Assembly: GCA_040222185.1 (NCBI GenBank) | Contig: JAVKDP010000003.1 | Span: forward strand, 34,428-66,427 | Origin: Balneolaceae bacterium | Lineage (GTDB): Bacteria; Bacteroidota; Rhodothermia; Balneolales; Balneolaceae | Reading direction: 5' to 3' | DNA length: 32,000 bases | Shown here: positions 25,459-32,000 of the stretch, in pieces | Position numbering within the stretch: position 1 is the stretch's first letter | Layout of the letters: each line of letters starts with the position of its first letter | The notes under the pieces: model-generated | Database searches by the model: none | The model's input: the letters and a program-made list of their open reading frames with translations, nothing else | What the model was told of the DNA's origin: nothing | Made by a program: the position numbers and the translations under genes

Positions 25459-27846
25459 ATGAAACGATTAATTCTATTAATCATGATTGTGTCTGGGTTA
25501 ACTACAATGACACAAGCTCAAGATGACGTAATGATGCAAGCTTTCTACTGGGATGTCCCTGTTGATGCGAGCGGATTTAACGGTACCTGGTGGGATTCAC
25601 TTTCTGCCAAGGCTAACGCAATGTCCACATCTGGATTCACCGGTATGTGGCTACCATCACCCTCAAAGGGAAACTTTGGTATATACGATATGGGATACGG
25701 AATATATGATCATTACGATCTTGGTAACTATAATCAAAAAGGTACTACCGAAACTCGCTTTGGAAGCCGTGCGGAATTAGAAGCTATGATAGATTCGATG
25801 CATAATAATGGAATAGAGGTATATGCAGATATGGTTTTAAATCATATTTATACGGATGGAGATTATTATAGCACTAATAACGACCTCGAGTCCAATCCTG
25901 ACGTCAAAGACTATGTTTTTGACCAGGCCTACCGTGGTGGGGTACAATATCAATCTTATCCTACGAATGAAATAACCTGGGTAATCCCAAATGCAGCAGC
26001 AGGTACATACTACATTCAAATTGACGGGTATAACCTGGATTGGGGTGCAGCAAAAACCGAGCGCGGTTATGATGTTATGATTGACTGGACCGGTGGGGGA
26101 GCTACTACTACTACCGCATGGGAAAGTGAACCTAATAATGGGAGCGGAAATTATAACACTGTTTCCAGTTCAGGAACAACCACGAGAGGCCACATGGATA
26201 ACTCAACAGATATTGATGAGTTTGAAATAACACTGAGTTCTTCCTCTGATATCGTAATTAAAATTACTGCCAGAAAAGAGGGAACAGATAGTGGTGGTGC
26301 CTGGGAATGGCAATGGGCTGACCAAAATAACGGGTACTATCCTATAGCGGTCTGGTTCAGTGGTAGCAACCTTGCTAACACTACCCTGGAAGCCCAAACT
26401 GGTACAGGCATTTCTTATCCTACACATACTGGAACGGGTGAAGCAAATTACTCGTGGGATCATAATGATTTCCACCCTGTTGATGGTAGTGACTGGCTTG
26501 GATATCCCGGAAATGATGAAGTTATCACAAATACCAAGTTCTTTGGTAATGATCTGAATACATTCAGCCCTACTGTTATTGGAAGGCTGGAAGATTTTGG
26601 AGACTGGATGGCAAGTGAAATCGGTTTCGATGGTTTCCGTCTCGATTTTGTTCGCGGATTCCAGGAAACTTTTGTAGCAGACTGGGTAAATAACCTTCCT
26701 TTGCTAAATGGTTCACAACGATTTATCGTTGGCGAGTATTGGGGTAATGCTCAATCGATCCATTCATGGGTTACCAACGTTGATGCCGGAACTTCTACGG
26801 TTACTACTGCCACAACTACCGGAGCAGATGTTGATGCTTTTGACTTTCCATTAAAGTTTGCTCTTAACGGAATTGTCAATAACACAAGCGGCTCTGCTGA
26901 TATTACGAGCACTCTTGATCATGCAAGCATGGTCCGCAATAATTCCGGGTATTCACTATCAGGAACTCAAATTGTTACTTTCGTTGATAATCATGATACT
27001 GGCAAAGAGCATGATAAGTGGGTTTTCAGTGACTGGGATATGGCTTATGCATACATCCTTACTCATGAAGGCAGGCCTTGTGTATTCTATTCTCACTATT
27101 ATGGTGTTGAACAAGAAGATGCTCACAGTAGTAGCTATACTACTCAGGCCCCTACCAGCTTGCAGAACGATATCGATAACCTAATCCACATCAGAAATAA
27201 TTACCTGGGTGGTGGACTTGAAGTACTTAGTGCAGATGGAAATCCTTATCCCTCTGGTGATGCTGCAGATGTATATGTTGCCCGAAGAAGTGGCAACGGC
27301 ACAAAAACAGGTGCTATCATCGTGATTAATGACAACAGCTCTTCAACAAAAGGGCTATGGGTTGATCACACAACTGGCACGTCGCTTTGGTCGAATTCTT
27401 ATTTAGTAAATGTTGAAACCGGTGATAGCACTTATGTGTACTCTGACGGACGAGTATATGTGGAAGCTACTTCCAGAGACTTTGCAGTATATGTACCTGC
27501 AAGTGAGTTCTCTACTACTTTACCAAAGAGTAAAACTATTGGCACAAATACTTCTGAGACTATACCTGAGGATTCTAAACCTGGTGGATTTGAGTTATTT
27601 GATAACTATCCAAATCCATTTAATCCTTCGACAAACATCTCTTTCTCTATTCCGGCTCAAGGAAAAGTAAACGTTTCTGTTTACAATTCTTTAGGCCAAC
27701 GAGTAGCTGTATTAGCGAATAGTGAATTTGTTCAGGGTACTCATACGCTTACCTGGGATGCTGCGAATGCATCTAGCGGCATGTACATTTACTCTATTGA
27801 GTATAATGGAGCCCGTATTAATAAGAGAATGACTCTTATCAAATAG
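25459..27846 (+). CDS. Secreted GH13 alpha-amylase with an enlarged B-domain (PPC-like insert) and a T9SS C-terminal sorting domain
   Basis: 795 aa with a signal peptide. GH13 regions: I (VYADMVLNH), II ([12 protein letters not shown]), III (IVGEYWG), IV (FVDNHD). The C-terminal 80 aa ([22 protein letters not shown]...[11 protein letters not shown]...MTLIK) match the Por/T9SS type-A sorting-tail pattern. Confidence 0.9.
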   Translation: MKRLILLIMIVSGLTTMTQAQDDVMMQAFYWDVPVDASGFNGTWWDSLSAKANAMSTSGFTGMWLPSPSKGNFGIYDMGYGIYDHYDLGNYNQKGTTETRFGSRAELEAMIDSMHNNGIEVYADMVLNHIYTDGDYYSTNNDLESNPDVKDYVFDQAYRGGVQYQSYPTNEITWVIPNAAAGTYYIQIDGYNLDWGAAKTERGYDVMIDWTGGGATTTTAWESEPNNGSGNYNTVSSSGTTTRGHMDNSTDIDEFEITLSSSSDIVIKITARKEGTDSGGAWEWQWADQNNGYYPIAVWFSGSNLANTTLEAQTGTGISYPTHTGTGEANYSWDHNDFHPVDGSDWLGYPGNDEVITNTKFFGNDLNTFSPTVIGRLEDFGDWMASEIGFDGFRLDFVRGFQETFVADWVNNLPLLNGSQRFIVGEYWGNAQSIHSWVTNVDAGTSTVTTATTTGADVDAFDFPLKFALNGIVNNTSGSADITSTLDHASMVRNNSGYSLSGTQIVTFVDNHDTGKEHDKWVFSDWDMAYAYILTHEGRPCVFYSHYYGVEQEDAHSSSYTTQAPTSLQNDIDNLIHIRNNYLGGGLEVLSADGNPYPSGDAADVYVARRSGNGTKTGAIIVINDNSSSTKGLWVDHTTGTSLWSNSYLVNVETGDSTYVYSDGRVYVEATSRDFAVYVPASEFSTTLPKSKTIGTNTSETIPEDSKPGGFELFDNYPNPFNPSTNISFSIPAQGKVNVSVYNSLGQRVAVLANSEFVQGTHTLTWDAANASSGMYIYSIEYNGARINKRMTLIK

Positions 27847-27857
27847 ATAACTTATTG

Positions 27858-27889
27858 AAAAGGCCTCCCAGGAGGTCTTTTCTTTTTTT
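27858..27889. terminator. Bidirectional intrinsic terminator between convergent genes
   Basis: aaaaggcctc (27858..27867) pairs with gaggtctttt (27872..27881) with one G-U pair. The loop is ccag and the stem is followed by cttttttt. Confidence 0.6.
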
Positions 27890-27895
27890 AAAAAA

Positions 27896-28876
27896 TTAGT
27901 CTTTTCTGTTCGACCTGGCTCTTTCAACCATTTTTGCTGAGGCCAGCGACGGCGATATCTCTCCTCTTTCAATCTGACCTTTCAAATTATCAGCAAAATC
28001 CCGATTCCGGGCTGAAGTCCACAAATCCCTAATCAGTTCATCTTCTGTAAGTCTCTTGAACCAGTTTAGTTCTTGTGAATTTCTCAACAAAGAAAACAGT
28101 CCTTCTTTTTTTAATGAAGATATAAACTCAGAAATAGCTTGCCATACCTCTGGGATACCTATGTTATGAAGTGCACTTGTGGTTAGGAGCTTTACAGGGA
28201 TTCCCTCAAATTTAGGAGTGAGCATATGAAATGCATTTTCATATTCATCTTTCCCCCTCTCAGCAAGCTTTTTCTGATCTCCATCAGCCTTGTTTACAAC
28301 CAGAATATCTGTGATCTCCAAAATTCCACGTTTTATTCCCTGCAATGAATCTCCACCACCCGGTAGCATCATTACCAAAAAGCAGTCTACCATCGATGAA
28401 ACTTCAAACTCACTTTGACCTACTCCAACGGTTTCTACTAAAATCACATCATAGCCAGCGGCTTCACAAAGCAACATTGACTCTCGCGTTCTTTTCGCTA
28501 CCCCGCCTAGTGTGCCGGAAGTCGGAGACGGTCTAATAAATGCTTCCTCTTTAGATGAGAGAGTTTCCATTCTTGTTTTGTCTCCAAGAATACTCCCTCC
28601 CGTTGTTGGGCTGCTGGGATCAACAGCAAGTACTGCAACTCGTTTACCTTCTTTGATCAGAACATTGCCAAGAGCTTCGATAAAGGTACTCTTCCCTACT
28701 CCCGGAACCCCGGAAATACCAACCCGAACTGTATCTCTTTTCTCCTGGAGTATGGAGAGTAATTCCTGTGCCTTTTCCTGGTCTGAGTCTTTATTACTCT
28801 CCACAAGAGTAATTGCTTTAGCAAGGTCCCGGCGGCTTCCTTCTTTAACTCCTCTTGCTAGTTCTTTGATCTTCAT
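27896..28876 (-). CDS. meaB: Methylmalonyl-CoA mutase accessory GTPase MeaB/ArgK
   Basis: 326 aa. Motifs: P-loop [30 protein letters not shown]. The start shares an ATGA junction with the mutase stop (28873..28876). Confidence 0.92.
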   Translation of the reverse strand: MKIKELARGVKEGSRRDLAKAITLVESNKDSDQEKAQELLSILQEKRDTVRVGISGVPGVGKSTFIEALGNVLIKEGKRVAVLAVDPSSPTTGGSILGDKTRMETLSSKEEAFIRPSPTSGTLGGVAKRTRESMLLCEAAGYDVILVETVGVGQSEFEVSSMVDCFLVMMLPGGGDSLQGIKRGILEITDILVVNKADGDQKKLAERGKDEYENAFHMLTPKFEGIPVKLLTTSALHNIGIPEVWQAISEFISSLKKEGLFSLLRNSQELNWFKRLTEDELIRDLWTSARNRDFADNLKGQIERGEISPSLASAKMVERARSNRKD

Positions 28877-31020
28877 GCACGCTTGGCTCGTATTTCATCA
28901 ATAACTTTAGAAGCTGCTTTTGGAATGTTCGTCCCCGGACCAAAAATAGCAGATACACCTTGTTCATATAAGAAATCGTAATCCTGGACTGGTATTACTC
29001 CACCTGCAACAATCACAATATCATCAGCTTTGTCTTGCTTTAGTATCTTGATAAGCTCAGGAATCAGAGTTTTATGCCCTGCAGCAAGAGTTGAAACTCC
29101 TATTACATGCACATCGTTTTCAATTGCTTGTTTAGCAGCTTCATCCGGAGTTGAAAATAATGGCCCTACATCCACATCAAAACCCATATCAGCAAAGGCA
29201 GTTGCTACTACTTTTGCTCCACGGTCATGCCCATCCTGCCCCATTTTTACAACCAGAATTCTCGGTCGTCGGCCTTCTTCATCTGAAAAGGAGTCGATCT
29301 TGGATTTTATATCCTTATATCCCTGGTCTGATTTGTACACGCTTTCGTACACTCCTTTTATGGTTTGATTTACAGCTTTATGCCTGCCCCATGCCTGCTC
29401 TAAAGCAGATGAAATCTCGCCAACGGTGGCTCTTTTCCGGGTTGCTTCAACAGCAAGTTCAAGAATGTTCCCATCTCCTGATTTAGCTGCTTCAGTAAGT
29501 GAAAGCAAAGCTTTTTTAGTAGCTTCAGTATCTCTTTTTGATTTGATAGAATCAATTCTTTCGATCTGTTTGTTTCGAACATCGGTATTATCAATATCCA
29601 AAACTTCAACGGGGTCTTCTGATTCATTCACATACTTGTTAACCCCAACAATCGTAATATCACCTTTATCAATACCAGCCTGCTTTATAGCTGCAGCTTC
29701 TTCAATCTTCCTTTTTGGATAACCTTCTTCAATGGCTTTTGCCATTCCTCCCATTTCCATTACCTCATTGATAATAGCTTTTGCACGTTCTTTTAAATCA
29801 TGTGTGATTGATTCTACAGCATAAGAGCCTGCAAATGGATCAACAGTATGGGTCACATCTGTTTCTTCCTGGATAATGGTTTGAGTATTTCGTGCAATTC
29901 TGGAAGAAGTCTCTGTAGGTAACGAAATTGCCTCGTCATAGCTATTGGTGTGTAAGGATTGTGTTCCTCCTAATACTGCAGCCATCGCTTCGATTGTAGT
30001 ACGGATCACATTATTTAATGGGTCCTGTGCAGTTAGCGACCAGCCGGAAGTTTGGCAGTGCGTTCGAAGCATCATCGATTTCTGGCTTTTAGGGTCGAAG
30101 TACTCTTTCATTAATTCTGCCCAAAGTGTACGAGCAGCTCTGAGCTTACTCACCTCCATCAAAAAATTCATCCCTATTGCAAAGAAGAACGAAAGCCTTG
30201 GTGCAAATGCATCAACATCTAATCCGCTAGCTACAGCTGTTTTCACATATTCAAGTCCATCAGCAAGGGTGAAAGCAAGTTCTAAAGCAGAATCAGCACC
30301 TGCCTCTTGCATATGATATCCTGAAATTGAAATAGAATTAAAGCGTGGCATTTTCTCGCTGGTAAATGCAATTATATCCGAAACCAGTTTCATCGACTGT
30401 TGAGGTGGATAGATGTATGTATTCCTAACCATGAACTCTTTAAGAATATCATTTTGAATTGTACCCTTTAGTTCTCCAACTGGTACGCCCTGCTCTTCCG
30501 CCGCTACGATATAAGCCGCAAGAATTGGAATCACAGCTCCATTCATAGTCATAGAAACCGACATATCCTGGAGAGGAATGCCATCAAATAAAATCTTCAT
30601 GTCCTCCACTGAGTCGATTGCTACACCAGCCATTCCAACATCGCCTACTACCCTGGGATGGTCCGAATCATATCCTCGGTGTGTTGCCAGGTCGAAAGCT
30701 ACGCTAAGCCCTTTTTGCCCTTTTTTTAAAGCCTGGTGATAGAATTTGTTTGACTCCTCGGCAGTAGAAAACCCAGCGTATTGCCTTATAGTCCATGGCC
30801 GCTGGGTGAACATACTCGGATATGGCCCTCTTGTAAAAGGAAACTGGCCGGGGTATCCTGCATCAGCTTCTCTTTTTTCAATATCAGAAGCATCGTACAA
30901 AGCCTGGATTGGAATTCCCTCCGGGCTCATGCGGTTCAGTGATTCTGCCGGAGCGCCTTTTAATGCTTTCTCTACATCAGCAGTCCATTGCTTTTTCCCT
31001 GGGTTTTTAGACTCGGACAT
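28873..31020 (-). CDS. scpA: Methylmalonyl-CoA mutase, single-chain (catalytic barrel plus B12-binding domain)
   Basis: 715 aa. Motifs include [20 protein letters not shown] and TMNG. The C-terminal B12-binding motif [23 protein letters not shown] (DxHxxG) is present, along with GVSTLAAGH. Confidence 0.95.
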   Translation of the reverse strand: MSESKNPGKKQWTADVEKALKGAPAESLNRMSPEGIPIQALYDASDIEKREADAGYPGQFPFTRGPYPSMFTQRPWTIRQYAGFSTAEESNKFYHQALKKGQKGLSVAFDLATHRGYDSDHPRVVGDVGMAGVAIDSVEDMKILFDGIPLQDMSVSMTMNGAVIPILAAYIVAAEEQGVPVGELKGTIQNDILKEFMVRNTYIYPPQQSMKLVSDIIAFTSEKMPRFNSISISGYHMQEAGADSALELAFTLADGLEYVKTAVASGLDVDAFAPRLSFFFAIGMNFLMEVSKLRAARTLWAELMKEYFDPKSQKSMMLRTHCQTSGWSLTAQDPLNNVIRTTIEAMAAVLGGTQSLHTNSYDEAISLPTETSSRIARNTQTIIQEETDVTHTVDPFAGSYAVESITHDLKERAKAIINEVMEMGGMAKAIEEGYPKRKIEEAAAIKQAGIDKGDITIVGVNKYVNESEDPVEVLDIDNTDVRNKQIERIDSIKSKRDTEATKKALLSLTEAAKSGDGNILELAVEATRKRATVGEISSALEQAWGRHKAVNQTIKGVYESVYKSDQGYKDIKSKIDSFSDEEGRRPRILVVKMGQDGHDRGAKVVATAFADMGFDVDVGPLFSTPDEAAKQAIENDVHVIGVSTLAAGHKTLIPELIKILKQDKADDIVIVAGGVIPVQDYDFLYEQGVSAIFGPGTNIPKAASKVIDEIRAKRA

Positions 31021-31079
31021 TAGTTTATTTCTTTCGTGGAAACGGTTTTCTGAATCGTAATGTACGGTTTTACTTTTTT

Positions 31080-31113
31080 AGATTGGAATATAGATAAGGA
31101 TAAATTCCAATCT
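31080..31113. other. Perfect 10-bp-stem hairpin in the cdaA / mutase spacer (function unclear)
   Basis: agattggaat (31080..31089) pairs with attccaatct (31104..31113) over a 14-nt loop. The T-run follows the hairpin on the plus strand only, whereas both flanking genes are on the minus strand. Confidence 0.3.
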
Positions 31114-31141
31114 TTTTGATTGGACTGAAAGCAATTTTAAC

Positions 31142-31954
31142 CTACAAATTCATCTCAGTCTGAGGAGTACTGAACCCAACTTCTTCTTCGAACTTTGTGG
31201 AACCAAACGAATCTTCCATCTCTGCACGAAGCTTTTGGATCGTAAGACCACTGGTAAGTGAGCCCTTTTTGGAAATAGAGATTCGACCTGTCTCTTCAGA
31301 TACAATGAGTACAAAAACATTATTGATTTCACTAACACCTACCGCAGCCCTGTGCCTGGTACCAAAAGACTGAGCGATATTAGGATTTTGTGAAATAGGC
31401 AGGTAGCAACTTGCTGCAACAATTCGGTTATTGCGAATTATAACTGCTCCATCATGTAAAGGGGTCTCTTTTCTGAAAATGGTAACCAATAGCTGGCTTT
31501 TAATTTTCGCATCTATGCTTACCCCAACATCAACAATATCCTGGAGAGAAGAGCTGCCAGCAAAAACAACCAAGGCCCCAATTTTCTCCTTGGCCATTAC
31601 CTTAACCGCATCAATAACTTCATCAATCATTTCATCGGAGTTGGAACGCGTAAAAAAACGATCCAGGCTTGTGTTCGTACCAAGGCGGTACAAGAGCTTC
31701 CGAATTTCCGGTTGAAAAATGATAAAGACAGCAAGAATACCAACATCCAGGATTCCGCTTAGAATGAAGTCGATCGTATTAAAACCCAGTACCCTAATAA
31801 CCAGGTTAACCAATACAAGAAGTGCAATTCCAATCGCAGCCTGAATTGCAAACGTACCCCTGATCCATCGATATAGATATACCAGGACTCCTGCAATAAG
31901 CAGCGTCTCGATAAAATCCATAATACCGAAATCGAGAAACCCAATAGGAATCAA
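31142..31954 (-). CDS. cdaA: Membrane-anchored diadenylate cyclase CdaA (DAC domain)
   Basis: 270 aa with three N-terminal TM helices. DAC motifs: GALVVF, TPLHDGAVII, GTRHRAAVGVSE, VSEETGRISI. Confidence 0.9.
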   Translation of the reverse strand: MIPIGFLDFGIMDFIETLLIAGVLVYLYRWIRGTFAIQAAIGIALLVLVNLVIRVLGFNTIDFILSGILDVGILAVFIIFQPEIRKLLYRLGTNTSLDRFFTRSNSDEMIDEVIDAVKVMAKEKIGALVVFAGSSSLQDIVDVGVSIDAKIKSQLLVTIFRKETPLHDGAVIIRNNRIVAASCYLPISQNPNIAQSFGTRHRAAVGVSEINNVFVLIVSEETGRISISKKGSLTSGLTIQKLRAEMEDSFGSTKFEEEVGFSTPQTEMNL

Positions 31955-32000
31955 GGGATACTCCGTCTAAGATTGAGATTGTATTGCGTTGAATATACGA

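Noticed and set aside
28345-30316. Plus-strand ORFs (28345..28536, 28512..28904, 29030..29368, 29151..29486, 29426..29722, 29945..30316) plus one off-frame minus-strand ORF (29400..29627) over meaB and the mutase
   Set aside because: They are antisense or off-frame within two genes that have strong family signatures, and they carry no motifs of their own.
31021-31141. Cobalamin riboswitch upstream of the B12-dependent mutase
   Set aside because: The spacer is only 121 nt and AT-rich, and I could not find a B12-box-like GC-rich element on the minus strand. Riboswitches of this class usually control B12 transport or synthesis genes, not mutase genes.
1-32000. Mobile element, genomic island, or RNA genes
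   Set aside because: No integrase, transposase or phage-like ORFs were found. There are no long terminal inverted or direct repeats, no tRNA-like cloverleaf candidates in the intergenic regions I read, and no rRNA-like conserved stretches.

Overview
AT-rich bacterial chromosomal segment, probably from the FCB group (Bacteroidota, or a Balneolota/Rhodothermota-like lineage). The taxonomic guess rests on a T9SS-type C-terminal sorting tail on a secreted amylase and on acidic proteins; it is an inference only. No rRNA, tRNA, CRISPR array, transposase or integrase was recognised. From left to right the window holds: (1) a minus-strand type IV filament (T2SS/T4P-like) cluster with a short GspE/PilB-type ATPase, a secretin, a GspL-like PilM-PilN fusion and a truncated PilO/GspM-like gene. 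(2) A secreted hypothetical protein and an acidic membrane-anchored protein built from a 90-bp (30-aa) tandem repeat. (3) The most unusual locus: a tightly packed five-gene minus-strand operon. It encodes a membrane-anchored FliF-fragment/FliG-like fusion, a putative outer-membrane beta-barrel, a TPR lipoprotein, and MotA-like and MotB-like stator proteins, with no other flagellar gene in the 32 kb. (4) A signalling-rich stretch: a NarL-type two-component pair, a PAS-HisKA_2 kinase, an ECF42-like sigma factor with a DGPF/YCII partner, a hybrid kinase and a Cys-less LOV-like PAS protein. (5) Housekeeping and metabolic genes: GNAT, PaiB, SufE, an FGE-domain lipoprotein, acyl-CoA dehydrogenase, a GH13 alpha-amylase, MeaB, methylmalonyl-CoA mutase and CdaA. 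All family assignments come from motifs read by eye in the supplied translations; no database search was run.
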